Source: Camelus dromedarius
Taxonomy: Eukaryota
Assembly: GCF_036321535.1 (NCBI RefSeq)
Contig: NC_087436.1
Coordinates: 80,044,001-80,108,000 of the forward strand
Reading direction: 5' to 3'
Length of the DNA stretch: 64,000 bases
In this document: positions 36,749-50,335 of the stretch, piece by piece
How positions within the stretch are numbered: the first letter of the stretch is position 1
Layout: each line of letters starts with the position of its first letter
Notes under the pieces: generated by a model
What the model was told of the DNA's origin: nothing
The model's database searches: none
What the model saw: only the letters and a program-made list of their open reading frames with translations
Translations under genes and position numbers: made by a program

Positions 36749-37204
36749 AAGATGTATATGGTGTTTTTTTTCTTTTGACAGAGTTATCAGCCATTATCCT
36801 CAATGTTGAACAAATAGATCTTTTCAACCAGGTCATTCTTTAAAATATTTTATTCCTTTTTGAAATTTTGGAATTTGGTTTTTTTAGTATAGTAAAGAGT
36901 TTAACTTTACTTCTTGTGAAAATTATACTTTGGATCTATAGTCAATAGCTAAACCAACAGAGATTATATTTCTCTTCAATAACAATAAAATGTTAACTGA
37001 AACTTAGAGTTTTAGTTCTACTTTTTTTTGAACTCCTTCATTCATGTACAATGAAAATAACTGACTCTTCCTTTCCAAAATTGTAAAGTCACAATAAAAC
37101 TGGAGTTTGAATTTTTATATTTAATTGTTTTTAACACGTTTACTTAAAAGTTATCACAAGCATGTTATTTCTCTAAGTTGTACTGAAAAATCTAACTATA
37201 CATA

Positions 37205-37440
37205 TCCATTGAAAGGTCCTTGCAGTTATTAGGATTAAATCCTCTCTTCCTAGTGGGCTTACAAGGCCCATGATCTGGCCTACTTTATTTTTTTAATTGG
37301 TACTTTAACCATCACCAATATTGAATTTCTTTTACTGCCTCAAACTCACCAAAGTACTTTCTTGCCTCAGAGCCTTTGCACATGCCGTTCCCAGTGGCTC
37401 TCCATTCTTCCCCCTTCCATATCCTCACCTAATCAATACC
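37205..37440 (+). mobile_element. L2 fragment
   Basis: cttacaaggcccatgatctggcc...cttgcctcagagcctttgcacatgccgttccc. Confidence 0.75.
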
Positions 37441-39300
37441 TTTTCTATTTTAAGTATATAATTCAATGATTTTTAGTAAATTTATACAATTGTACAACCA
37501 TCACCAAAATCCAGCTTTAAAACATTTTGATGATCTCAAAAATATCCTTTGTGCCAGTCTGCAGTCAATCCCCATTCCCACTTCCAGACCCAGGAAATCA
37601 ATAATCTGCTTTCTGTTCTTTTCTGCTTTTCTGGGATTTTCATACAAATAGAATCACACAATAGGTGGTCTTGTGTGTCTGACTTCTTTCATTCAGCATC
37701 ATATTTTTGAAGCTTATCTATCTTATGTTGTATCTTTTGAAGTTTATCTTATGTTACATGTTATAACATGTATCAATAGTTGTTTCCTTTTATTATTAAA
37801 TAAAATACCTATCATATGTACCACTTTTGCTCATGTATTCTCCAGTTATTGGGCATTTGGTTTGTTTACAGATCGACTTATAATTGATGCTGCTCTGAAT
37901 ATTTATGTAAAAGTCTCTGTGTGGATTTGTGTTTTCATTTCTCTTGGGTAGATACCTAAGAATAGAATTATAGATTGTATGATAAATTTATCTTTAACTT
38001 TTCAAGAAACTGCCCAACTGTTTTCCAAAGTGGCTGTACCATCATGTATTCCTACCAGTAGTGTGTAAGGATTCCATTTCTATACATCCTCACTAACACT
38101 TGGTATTGTATCTTTTTGATTGTGGCCATTCTAGTAGATGTGAAGTGGTACCTCATACTAGTTTTAATTTGCATTTCTATAACTAGTGATGCTGAACATA
38201 CTTTCATGTGCTTATTGGCCACTTCTATATCTTCTTTAGTGAAAAATCTATACAAGTATTTAGCTCCTTTTTATTCTATTGTCATCTGATTATTGAGTTT
38301 AAGAGTAATTTATATGTTCTAGATATAAGGGACTTGTGTCAAATATATGATTTGAAAACATTTTTCTCCTAGTTTGTGCCTTGTCTTTTAATTTTCTTAA
38401 TAGTTTCCTTTTGAAGCTTAAAAGGTTTTAATTGTGATAAAGTCATGTATCAACATTTTTCTTGGATGAATTATGCTTTGGTGTTTTATCTGAACACTCT
38501 TTGCCTAACCCAAGATCCTAAAGATATTCTCCTATGTTTTCATGGAAAGTTTCATTTTATTTTTACATTTAGGTCTATGATCCAGTTTGAGCTGATTCTT
38601 TTTGTATGGTGTGGGGTGTAATTCTAAATTCATCTTTTTCAAGTAGGTATCCAATTGCATCACAATCATTTGTTGAAAATAAATCCTTTCTCTCATTATA
38701 CTGGCTAGGTACCTTTGTCAAAAATCAGTTGACCCTAAATGTAAGGGTTTATTTCTGGACTCACAAATCTGTTTCATTGACAGGTCTATCCTTATACCAG
38801 TACCACATTATTTTGATTAATGAGCTAAAGCTCATAGTAAGTTTTTAAACTGGGAAGCTTAAGTCTTTCAACTTCAGCCTTTGTCAGAATTACTTTGGCT
38901 ATTCTGTGTCTTTGCACTTCTATAGAAATTTTAGGATAAATTTGTTAATTTCTGAAAAAAAAGCCTGCTGGGATTTTAGTAGGTATTTCACTGAATTTAT
39001 AGATCAATGTGGAAGAAATTGTCATCTTAATAATATTGAGTCTTCAACTCCATAAACATTGAATATCTCATCATTTATTCAGATATTTAAAAATTTTTCT
39101 TAGTGTACATATATTTCACATTTTTTGATAAATATATTCCTAAATATTTTCCTCTTCTTGATGCAATTTTTTATGTAGTTGTTTCCTTAATTTTATTTTT
39201 GGGGGGTTCATTGCTACTACATAGAAACACAATTGAGTTTTGTATATTGATCTTATATCCAACAACCTCACTGAATTCGTTTATTTGTTTTAGTAGTTTC

Positions 39301-39902
39301 TGAGGAGTCTGGCTCCAGGCCAAAATCCTATGTGTGATTCTTCAGACTTGACCATAAGCAATCACAAAACTGTGTGACAGGCCTCATGGAGGTGAACTTC
39401 CCTTCCCAGAGCAGACCTGGTGCATAGCCAGTGCACTGCAGTATTCTCAATCCTGCAATCAGGGACTCAGTTCCCCCAGTCCAGGCCAGCCATGCTCACA
39501 TGATTATCTGCATTCTCAGCCAAGGTACCTCCATTCAGAAGAATCCTTACTGGAGGCCTGGAATGAAGAACTTCCCTCATACCTTTGCAGAGACCTACTT
39601 ATCAGGGGCCTTAACTGAGGCACTTCACCCCATGTTGACATAGTGGTCTTCTACTCCTAGCCCTTTCCCCTCTCCTGCTTCCTTCTCCCCATAGACCATG
39701 GGTCCATAAAGAAACAGCAGCCTTTCGAGATGATTTCCCCATCTGCACTGCTTCCACCTGACCCCCATCCAGTGCCATTCTGTTAAGAAAAATGGAACAC
39801 TGCCTCTCTCTTGTTGGGTCACAGTAAGTAAATAAAGGTTTGATTGCTACCCTCAGTTTGTCTCATTGCCCTAATTGACCACTTCCATCTGATTGCTTTA
39901 TA
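39301..39902 (+). mobile_element. ERVL solo LTR (MER74/MER73-like) inserted in the L1
   Basis: Starts TG and ends TA (probably from CA); gtttc duplicated at 39296-39300 and 39903-39907; AATAAA near 39831; L1 sequence continues on both sides. Confidence 0.8.
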
Positions 39903-41320
39903 GTTTCTTTGTGTATTCATAGGATTTTTAAATACATAGGATCATGCTCTGAATAATGAGATTTCACTTCTTTCTTTCCATTCCAGATGTCTTTTATTTG
40001 TTTTTCCTGTCAGACTTTACTGGATAGAACATCCAGTATAATTGTGAATAGACGTCATGACAGCAAACATGCTTGGCTTTTTCCTGAACTTAGGGAAGGC
40101 ACTCAGTCTTTCATCATTTAGTTTAATGTTAGCTATAGACGTTTCACAGATGACCTTTATCAGGCTGAGGAAGCTCCCTTATGTTCCTGGTTTGTTGAGA
40201 ATTTTTGTCATGCGTGGGTGTTCAATTTTGTCAGATTTCCTGCACCTATTGAGATGACTGTGTAACTTTCATCCTTTATTCTATTAATACAATGAATTAC
40301 ACTGAAATTGACTTTTGGATGTAAAACCTATCTTGCATTCTTCATCCTTGTATATGATCCTTTATATATGCTGCTGTATTCAGTTTGCTAATTTTTTCTT
40401 TAAGATTTTTGTATCTATATTATGATAGATGTTAGTCCATAGTTTCCTTGTAATGTCTCTGTCTGGCTTTAATATTAGAGTAATTCTGGCTTATAGAATG
40501 AGTTAGAAAGTATTCCCTCCCCCTCAATTTTCTAGAAGAGTTTGTGAAGGATTGGCACTACTTATTCTCTACATCTTTGATAAAATTCATCTGCAAAGCC
40601 ACCTGGACCTGACTTTTTCCTTGTGGGAATATTTTTCGTATAATTCAATTTCTTTACTTTTTAATAAGTCTATTCAAATTTTCTCTTTTCTCATGAGTCA
40701 CTTTTGTGTCTGCCTAAGAATTTGACCATTTCATCTAAGTTTTCTAACATATTGGTATAAAGTTGCTCATAGGATTCTTTTTTAATCCTTTCATTTCTGC
40801 AAGGGCACTAGTGATTTCCCCTCTTTTATTTTTGACTTCCTTGAACCTTCTCTCTTCTTTGCTTGCTGGGTCTAGATAAAGGTTTGGCAATTTTTAAAAA
40901 ATTTTTTCAAAGAACCAACTTTTGGTTTCATTGATTTCTTCTATTGTTTTTCTGTTTTCCATTTTCTTGTATATGTTCTATTTCCTTCTTTCAAATTGCT
41001 TTGGGTTTAGTTGGCTCTTTTTCTAGTTCCTTCAGTTATTTATTTCTGATCTTTTGTCTTTACTAATATAGGTGTTTAGAATGATAAATTTTCCTCTGAA
41101 TGCTGTTTTAGAGACATCCCTTAAATTTTAATATGTTGTTTCCATTTTCATTCAACTCAAGTTATTTTCTAATTTCTCTTGTGATTTCTTCTTTGACCCA
41201 TGAGTTATTTAGATGTGTTCCTTTTTTAATTTCCATAGATTTGTAGACTTCCAAAATTTATTTCTATTGTTGATTTCTAATTTAATTCTATTGGATCAGA
41301 GAATATACTTTGTACAATAC

Positions 41321-41735
41321 TTATTTGTCAATTATACCTCAATAAAGCTGGGAAAAGAAGAATTACAGGAAAGCATGACAAAAGTGATTCATCAAATAAA
41401 GACTATCAATAAAGAGATAGAAATTATTTCTAAAGGAACCAAATGGAAATTTTATTTATTTAAGGTACACATGATGGCTTAATATATGCATACACTGTGA
41501 AATGATTAACACAATCAAGCTAATTAACATAACCACCATTTCACAGAGTAACCTTTTTTTTTTTTTTACTAGGGGCTAAAGGGTCAGGGAAATGGGGAGA
41601 TGTTAGTCAAAGGGTACAAACTTTCAGTTATGAGATGAAAAAGCTCTGGGGATCTAATGTATAGTGTGGTTACTATAGTTAATAATACTATATTGTATAC
41701 TTGAAATTTGCTAAAGAGGTGGATCGTCAGTGTTT
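41321..41735. mobile_element. Rearranged L1MA-type 3' end (pieces in +, - and + orientation)
   Basis: 41321-41355 (+) terminal tgtcaattatacctcaataaagctgg; 41451-41568 (-) penultimate segment; 41571-41735 (+) ggggagatgttagtcaaagggtacaaactttcag. Confidence 0.75.
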
Positions 41736-42622
41736 CTTTTCCTTTCTTAAGTCTTTAAACATAATTTACTCCTTTGAGCACATTTACAATAACAAATTAG
41801 AGCGTTTGTTTACTAAGTCCAATACCTAGACACTCTCAGAGATGGTTTCTATTGACCGCTTTCCCCCTTCTGTGTATGCCACACTTCCCTGTTTCTGGGC
41901 CCATCTCATAATTTGGGTGTGTGTAAAATTAGGCATTTCAGATGTTGTAGCAATTCTAGATTCTGATTCCCCCCAGGGAGTTATGGTTTCATTAGTAACT
42001 TAACTAGTACTGTAGAGTCTGTCTTCCCTGCATTCTGCTCATGTCTCTGCTGAGTTTCTTGTTGTTATTGCTGCTGCTGTTTAATTATTGTTTTCATATT
42101 TAAGCCTGTTTTCCAAAAGGTTGTCTGTCAATTAGCATAGCTTAGTCATCAATCAATGATTGGTCAAAAGTTGTGCTTAAACACCTTGAGCCAGTAAGGT
42201 TTTCACTCTTTGCAATGGAGCTGTGTATGAGTTAGGGAATGCATTCAAAGCTCAATCAGTTGATGTTGCTTTTGCCTTTGGCTGAGTCTTCTCATGTCTC
42301 CTCTGAGCATGCTCTAGACCTCAGCTGGACCAGAGACCAGTAGCTCACTAGGCCCTCTCCAGTCTTTTTGAGAATGTGCACGCACTTTGACAAGCATGCA
42401 TCCTTCCAAACCACCAGGGATATGTGAGAGCTTATCAAAGCCCATCACGGCTACCTCATTTCCCCAGATCTCCCTGCTGAATTTCTAGCTAGTCTGCTGG
42501 TCCCTTGTTTACCCGAGCCTAATGACAACCTCAGGCCAGCTGTGAAGCTGGTCTTTTATGATTTTTGCCCCTGAGATTGCTACTGTTTGCAACAACATTT
42601 ACTGAATCCTTTAAATTATATA

Positions 42623-42818
42623 CTATGGATTTTCAAACTGTGCTCCATGGATCACCACGGAAATGCCTCAGAGAATGTAGCTAAGGACTGGAAGAGACCA
42701 AGAGAACAGATGTCTGACCCCCTTCTATCTTTTCACCACTAATTTACATATTGGAGTTCATCATAATGGTTTTTTTTAATGGATCCACAGCAAAAAGAAA
42801 AGGATTTAGGAACCACTG
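42623..42818. mobile_element. hAT-Charlie-type MITE
   Basis: Degenerate termini ctatggattttcaaactgtg and atttaggaaccactg. Confidence 0.55.
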
Positions 42819-44269
42819 AGATATATTTTGTGAGGTAAACACAGATGCTTGCTTGATCTATTAAAAAAATAACTTTCTCAGTAGATTAATGTGAGTGCTA
42901 AATGAAATGATATATTGGAAAATACAAACTGTAAAGTGCTTTAGAGTTGGCTATTATATATGATTGTTGCCTTTGGAAAACCTGTGGCCAGAGGCAGACT
43001 ATCACAAGTAGCACATTTATACCACATACACATCCCAAACTCTTTGCCATTTATACTGATGTTTTTCTCTATAGATATTCTTTCCTGTTGGAGGCATTCA
43101 TAGAATCCACTGAATCTGGTCCACTGTTAGCGCAGAGACCAGTTGTCTCACTCCCTACATCTCTTTATTTCCTAGTTAAGATAGAGCCTTCAGGGACAGA
43201 GTTCCACAGCCCGCAGTGCTATCACAAAACAATGTCCCCCTAGAGAAAACATAAAGAGTCAGAGCTTTTTAATAAAAATATCATAATTCTATTCTGTCTT
43301 CCCTGTTGCAGTGGCACAAGTTAAGGAGGGATGATGTCTGTTTAAATCTGATTTTATCTCACTGCCCAGTGCCTCAAGAGAAGAAAAACAAGCACCCCAT
43401 TATTCTGATAATAAAGAATGTTCTCTTAATTCCCCATTGTTGTGTACAAGATTTAGTGCTTACTCTTTAATTTCAGTGTCAGAATGTGAACTGTAATTAA
43501 TTTTCATAAAATGGAAAGCAATAAAGTCAGATATATTAAATGCTGGCTGTAGAGGTTGAGATTGTGTAATTTACAATTAGGGTGGTGGGGGAGGAAACAG
43601 CCCACACATTAAATGAGTGATAACTCATCTTGGCTTCAGCTTCAGAGATTGTGAGAGTGGTCAAAGCTGTTCAAACAAAACCCCCAAATCTATGGGGTGT
43701 TTGGAACCTTCTCAAGAAGGTCTATCAAACTTGATGTCACCTCTCCCTATGCCAACGTTTGGATTGTTTTTATTACCATTAATTAACAATACTAATATGC
43801 ATGGACCTAAATTACCACCTAATGAATCACCTAAAACCTTTCCTAGGCATTATTTGCAACAAACTATAGATAATAGACCATAATTCTATATCAACCATAA
43901 AAAAAGTCAGCTGCCGACTGATTAAAAATGCAAGTTGCCTTCATCTTACCATCAGAATTTCCATAGAGAAGGTAATGTTTGAACTTGGGGGATATTTGTA
44001 AGGTGGTTATTTATAAGTTTCAGGCCACAAACTAAAATAAAGGATGCTATATACAAAATTACATATAAAGATTTTCTATATTAAAAAAAAAACCCAAGTA
44101 TATTTATTGATGTTGACGGAATTAAAATGAGCACACTTTTCTATCTTTAGCTTATTTGGTTCAGGACACGCTTCCTAGAGAATGAGACTCTGGAAACGGT
44201 CATTAAAAAGAGCAGAGAGAAGCAGTGATCTCTCAGTTAAGTGGAAGCTTATCCTAGAAAGTATTAGTA

Positions 44270-44455
44270 GAAACTTCACAGTTTACAAAACCCTTTCACA
44301 CACTGTATCTCACTAATCTTTCAGTACCACTGAGAGGAGGACACAGCAAATTCTGATATCAAGCGGGACGCTGAGAAATGAGGGTGCCTGTCCAAGTCCA
44401 CACCATGAGTAAATGACTAAGCCAAAAACTGACGGTAGGTTTAGGACTCTCTAAA
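44270..44455 (-). mobile_element. Degraded MIR
   Basis: ttcacagtttacaaaaccctttcacacac...cctgtccaagtccacaccatgagtaaatgac. Confidence 0.55.
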
Positions 44456-44964
44456 TTCATTCCCGGGGCCAACATAGGCAACAACTGCTAACAAGACCAA
44501 GAGAGAGTTCATTATTTGGTGTGGCCCATAGTTTACAGAATTGGCCTGAAGTGTGTTTACAAATATAAAAAGACTGGGTCCCCAGGCATTTGAAGGGAGA
44601 CAATAAAGCAACTTCATGCATCTTTTGGAAATAAGGGAAGGAAAAATAATAACAACAATAACATCAACAATAACATCAACAAAATCAAGGAAAGAAACAA
44701 TAACTGAGCTGCAATCATTTCCAACCCATTAGATTTTGCACCATGGCAGAAGACCGGTTCCTGCAGGACAACACACAAACTTTATGGACCTTGGCTTTAG
44801 ATGCAGTAATTACTCACGTTTTCTACCTCATAGCAAGGAATACACATTGGACATATTCAGTCCTCTGCTGAGTTGGAAAGTGGGTGATTAGTCAACTGGT
44901 AGTTACCATGGAGATGGAAAAGTACCCTCACCCTAAAGCCGTGCTTATAAAATAGTAAGTGATT

Positions 44965-45430
44965 ATTTTTATACACACATAGAAAAACTGGTGTATGTAT
45001 GAGGAGAAATTTTGGAAAAAATTACATCACACTATTGATTTCAAATTTACTGAGAGGTGAACTTACAGAAAATAGCCATTTTTTTTACTTTACACGCCTA
45101 CATTACTTGATTCTTTTTGTGATGAACAGTTAGTTGTTACTTTTACAAAAAGAAACTAAACATGAAGATTACATTTTGTAAAAACTCAAGGTGCAATCTC
45201 TCTAACTTTCTATGAAATTCATAACTGAGTTGAGAACAGTGCTCAGATTCAGCGTCAATGTTGTCTGCATTCCAATCTCAGCTTAAATATAACTTCCTCC
45301 AGGAGGCCTTTCCTGACACACCACTCCTCTAAGTGGGTTCCTGGGTGGACTCCCTCCCAGTCCCCTGTCCCTTCCTTCATGGCCCTTCTCATGGCTTGTA
45401 ACCACACACGTGTTTGTAAGATGACTGGTG
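44965..45430 (+). mobile_element. L1ME-like 3' fragment (~44965-45160) and L2 fragment (~45265-45430)
   Basis: Old-L1-like AT-rich 3' end; tctcagcttaaatataacttcctccaggaggcctttcctgac (L2). Confidence 0.5.
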
Positions 45431-46039
45431 AGCCCACTTGAACCCAGGCAGAGGAATTCTGTCCTCAGCCCCTTGCTTTAGAGAACCACACATACCACAA
45501 ATATCAAAATGCACATACTTTTTTTTCTTTTTCAATCTCCAAAGAAAAGTGGTTGAGAGTTCAGTCTATTTTTGAGTGAATCATGGAAGACGGATGTGCT
45601 GAGCAGACTGAACCATGCAGACCAAAAAACACTGGGCTGAGAGCAAGTGAGTTTATATTGGGGGAGAAGAAAACCTCAGCCTCTGCCCCTGAACTCCCAG
45701 AGCAGACAGGTATCCTGGATGACTGCATGCCATCCCTTGCTTCGCTGGTGGAGGGGTGCTTAGAACTATCTGAAAGGGGATGAGAAAGTGAGGCACGAGG
45801 AATAGGACTCAGCCCAGTTCCCTGGACACCTGGACAACATCCTTCCCTGTGCTGGTGCCAGGTGAGTTCAGTCACCACCCTGGACTCCAAAACCCAGCCG
45901 CCTTCTTTCCTACCTAATGCCAGAAGCTCCTTGCTGCTGCTTAGGGTCACAGGTGGCAGGACGGACCTGGGAGAGAGCAAGGATCCTTACCCTCCAGATC
46001 ACAAAGGTAATCCCCAGGGTGTGAGCGTCCAGGCTCTGA

Positions 46040-46153
46040 AAGGGAACTTGAATTGGGCCAAGGGCAAAGCTCACCACTTATAAATAAATATTTGACATAT
46101 GGCATCTATTTGTCCTCTTGCCCCAGGCCCCACAAATGTTAGATGCAGACCTG
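46040..46153. mobile_element. hAT-Tip100-like MITE fragment
   Basis: Terminus cctcttgccccaggccccacaaatgttagatgcagacctg. Confidence 0.45.
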
Positions 46154-47799
46154 ATTATTAGACTAATGACGGTCTTCCCTGCTAATGGACAGGCTGCACA
46201 GAGTGAAAAATCATATTTATTTTACTTAACACTCTAGTGCAGTCCCCATATTTGTAGAATGAATAAATGGCTAAAAACAAAACAATATAGCCACGTGCCT
46301 TGCCCTAAAGTATTTGTGATCAAAGGAAAAATCTATATAAAAATTGAGAAGAGGATGCCTTTTTTTCTATCAGGCAGGCACCCCTTGCCTACAGCCTTTG
46401 ACAAGAGAAGTCAATGTGTCAGTAGCCTAAAATCAGTGATTCCTGCTTTGCCATCAACAGGGTCCAAGAAGTTTTCTATGAAGGACTCATACCAGTAAAG
46501 AGACATGAGGCAAGAAAAATGCAAGAGCTCCACCCTCCTCCGTGACAAATAACCCCCAACCCCTAAACCCACCCCACACTTTGGTTAATTATAATTTTAT
46601 TCTACACGGTTTTATTTTTTCAAAGTTTATTTGTTTTCAAACTGGGGGAATTTTAGGCCCAGGAAAATAGAACAAAATTATCTTTGGGTAAACCACATTG
46701 CTTTACGAATTTATGGTTTAGATGAAAAGGCCTGGTTACCTGTTCACAAGCAAGTAGAATAGAATGTGCATTCGATCTATAACTGGACCTGGTAACTCCT
46801 GTATTTCTAGGTCAGAGATGATGTGTATTACACGTCCTAATCAGCACCTACCACCTTGTAGGCCCTTAATAACTGTGCAATGATTGTCTCAACTCTGCCA
46901 GCAGTCGACCTCAGGGAAGGCACTTTGTTATGTGTTGCTATCCATGGGCAAATAAACGCCTCAATGAGTTCTGCAGGCTTTTATTAATGAACATTTCATT
47001 CCCATAAATATCTAGCTTTGAAATGATACCATGTTTCAAGTGCAGCAGCTCGTGGATATAAGAAAGAAGGAGAAAACATTTGCAATGCAAGACAAGGGGG
47101 AATCATATGTTAATCTATTGGTAGAAAGAAAATGTGCTAAGGGCAACTAAATGTATTTTTCCTCTTCAATTCATTTCTTAATGCTTTGAAAAGATATTTC
47201 CACAATATAATAACAACTATCATCACAGCACTAGCAAACCTTGAGTAAAACAGAGAAATAGAGAAATGTTCAAAATGTTCAAAAAAAAAAAAGGATAATC
47301 TAATTCGGACCAATTTAACCATCTTAAGTTAGTAAAATAGTTTTATGGGTTACAAAATGCTTACACACCACTGTCTCACACACAGTCCATGAGATAATAC
47401 ACTGCCCTATTCAGTGATGAGAAAACCTAGTTAGGGTTTAGATAGAATGTCCTTTGCCTCCCTAATATCCATCCCCTCTTCCCTCTTTTCCCTTGACTTT
47501 GTCCACACTTCTAACCTTCCTCCACGTTGCCTTATACTTTGGGGAAGGCTGGCCCCATCCCCAGCCCAAGGCCAGTTTTGTTTACGACAGCCAGCCACGG
47601 TGATTCCCACCCTTGTCAAGGCTGACTCAGGCAGCGTCGTGTGATGCAGATCTAGCCGGTGAGCTTGAGCATCAGTCTGATAAACTTCCCTCTTTCTTGG
47701 GAAGAGACAAGGCATGGCAGACTCTTTTTTGCCTGTTCCAATGGGATGCTAGAGACTGCTGTAGCTATTACAAACAGGCCACTGACTGCAAACCTCATA

Positions 47800-48240
47800 C
47801 ATTGAGTTCTAATCCTTCTTCCATACTTCAGATATGTGTATCTCTCTGCCTACTTAATAGCTCCATTTGGATATCTAATTGGTACCACAAAGTTGGCATA
47901 TTCAGATTAGGACTCTTTATTCCCCCACCTCTACGATAACTAGCATCAGTCTTCTTCAGCTCAGCAAATGTCCCACCACTCACCAACTGCTCACTGCCAA
48001 ATCCAAATCTATCAACAAGCCCTGTCAACGCTCACTCTAAAAAAAAATTCCGTTTGTCCATGTCAGTGCATTTCTACTGTCTTCTGTGTCTGTGAGTCTA
48101 TTTCAGTTTTGTTATGTTTGTTCATTTTTTTGTTTTGTTTTTTAGATTGCACATGTAAGTGAAAAAATTCAGAATTTGTCTTTCTCTGATTTATTTCACT
48201 TCACATCATATCCTCCTGGTCCATTTGTGTTGTTGCAAGT
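47800..48240. mobile_element. L2 fragment (+, ~47800-48030) followed by an L1 3' fragment (-, ~48065-48240)
   Basis: ctgcctacttaatagctccatttggatatctaat (L2); ctgtgagtctatttcagttttg...tttagattgcacatgtaagtga (L1). Confidence 0.7.
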
Positions 48241-49029
48241 TTACAATAGGTATACATATATTTATCAAATCAGTTTATCTAGAGTTTTCCATAAATGCAG
48301 TTCAATATTGAATAAGTATTTTTTGCAACTGCATAAACTTGTCTTTTTTACAGAAACTGTTGTCAAGCCAAGTTTACCTCAATCTTATATTTAATCAGCA
48401 TACCTCTCTTGAAAATTAAGTATATAGATTTTTTTTTCTACTTACACCTGCACAATATCATCTTGATGCTTCCAATTCAATATTTCAATCTAAGGAAAAT
48501 ATTTTGAACCTACCCAATGTATTAGCTAGCACTCCCAATTTTGTGAGCATCTACAAATTTGCTAGGCTGCCAAATTGCCATTTAATCCAGGAATTAAAAC
48601 AGCAAGCATGGCCACCAAAAAAGCAAAACAAAACAAAACTCTCCATTCTGAAATCGATCTCTTTACACTTTTTGTAACTGTTTCTTTGACCAGATGTAAA
48701 CCATTGACGATATTGTCATGCATCCTACATTTCTTCGTCTTCCATGTCCACAACAATGTCATAAAAACTATTAAATACTTTACTGAATATAGGATATACA
48801 GTGCCTAGAGAAGTTTTCCCCAAGTTAATTCCATGTAACAGTAATCCTAGTCAAATAATTTGGGGAGAAGAAAAACTGCCTGAATCATAAAGCATGTTAT
48901 CCTAAACTGGAGTGGCCCTACTTTTTTAATCTTACAAAAAAATAAAAACTCATCAATTTTTCAAACATAATTGACCATGGTACTCATTTTTTTTCCCCCG
49001 CACAAAACTTGTTACTTTCCCCTAGAATT

Positions 49030-49265
49030 GCTACAATTTGAAGGTAATGTAGATAAAAATGCAGATGGAGTGGATACTGGATATGGGTTTAGTCAAAAAC
49101 TTCAAAGTTTTGAACCTGAGAAACTGGAAAATATGGTTGTCATCTGTTGAAATATGTAAGACTGAAGGAGAAGTAGTCTGAGGAAGAAAAACTGAAAACT
49201 TGGCGTTGGTATTGGACATGTTAAATTTGAGACACCTGTTAGACCTCCAGGTAGAAGCCTGAAGT
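49030..49265 (-). mobile_element. L2 fragment
   Basis: ttggacatgttaaatttgagacacctgttagacctccaggtagaag. Confidence 0.75.
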
Positions 49266-49540
49266 TAAGGATCAGCTCTCTGTTCCATCCTCTACCACCT
49301 AAGAAACTAAATTACTAGCAAAGAGTCCAGATTTACTCACATACTCCATCTTAGCAGGATAAGTCATTCATCTTCACTATATTTTGCCTCTGTATCAAGA
49401 AAGCATGATCTAAATCACCTATATGACTAAGTTTATAGTAACTTCCAACAACAATATTAATTCTATCTTTTTCCTCACACAGTATTCTTCCATCTTGAGG
49501 TCTGTGTATTTCCACACCTTTCCATTCATAAATATACCTC

Positions 49541-50088
49541 CTTCTCAGTTATCTATTGCTATACATAATAAACTACCCCAAACTTAGTGGCCAATACTAC
49601 AAGTTGTGGTGGTGGTGTCATCATCATTCTTGTTAAATTTTTCTGTATCTCACAATTCCATGGGTCAGGAATTCAGAACCCAGCTAGAAGTTTCTTGTGT
49701 TTCCACATGGCATTGACTGAGGTCCCTTGGTGGTACTCAGCTGGCAGAGGGGCTAGACTGGATGGCTTCAGTCATGTGTCTAGTGTTTTAGTGGGGATGT
49801 CTGGAAAGCCAGACGCAGCTGGAATCTCAGCTGGAGCCCCTTTGCAAGACTACCAGGGTAGTCAGACTGTTCACATGGCGCCTCAAGTACCCTAAAGAGA
49901 CAGGAAGTAAAAACAGCCAATCTTTTAAATCCTAGACCCAGAAATGGTTGATACTATTATCTCCTCTATATTCTATGGACCCAGGAAGTCACAGAACTGA
50001 CGCAGATGCAGGGGGAGGGAGGCAAACATTTCAACTCTAGATAAGAGGATGGTTAAAGACTTTACGGGGGTCTTTCATCTGCCGTACA
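49541..50088 (-). mobile_element. MaLR solo LTR (MLT1F-I-like)
   Basis: cagttatctattgct...aaactaccccaaacttagtggc...tgggtcaggaattcag. Confidence 0.8.
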
Positions 50089-50094
50089 TTATCA

Positions 50095-50335
50095 TTACGG
50101 CTAAGAGCTCCTGCTCTGAAACCAGGATTCGGATCCTGACCCTCCAACACTTGTTACTTGTGTGACAAGCCTAATTATTTAACCTTTCCCTGTCTTGGTT
50201 TCTTTGCCTGTAAAATGGGGATAACAAATGTATTCATTCAACTAAAGTGTAGTGTGCGGCACATGGCTAAGACCAGTAAAAGAAAGAAGCTGGTCTGTGC
50301 CTTCAAGGAACATTCAGTCTAGGCTAATGGAAGAG
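50095..50335. mobile_element. MIR (+) followed by an L2 fragment (-)
   Basis: ttaacctttccctgtcttggtttctttgcctgtaaaatggggataac; ggtctgtgccttcaaggaacattcagtcta. Confidence 0.7.

Larger units (their letters stand above)
37441..42600 (-). mobile_element. Old LINE-1 (L1M-type): 3'UTR and ORF2 to ~41320, ORF1/5' remnant ~41736-42600; interrupted by an LTR and a younger L1
   Basis: ORF 38052-38255 ([33 protein letters not shown]) is L1 ORF2; long T-rich run of antisense ORF2 sequence with many stops. Confidence 0.9.

Noticed and set aside
37466..41482. Many short hydrophobic ORFs
   Set aside because: Antisense readings of the decayed T-rich L1 and the inserted LTR
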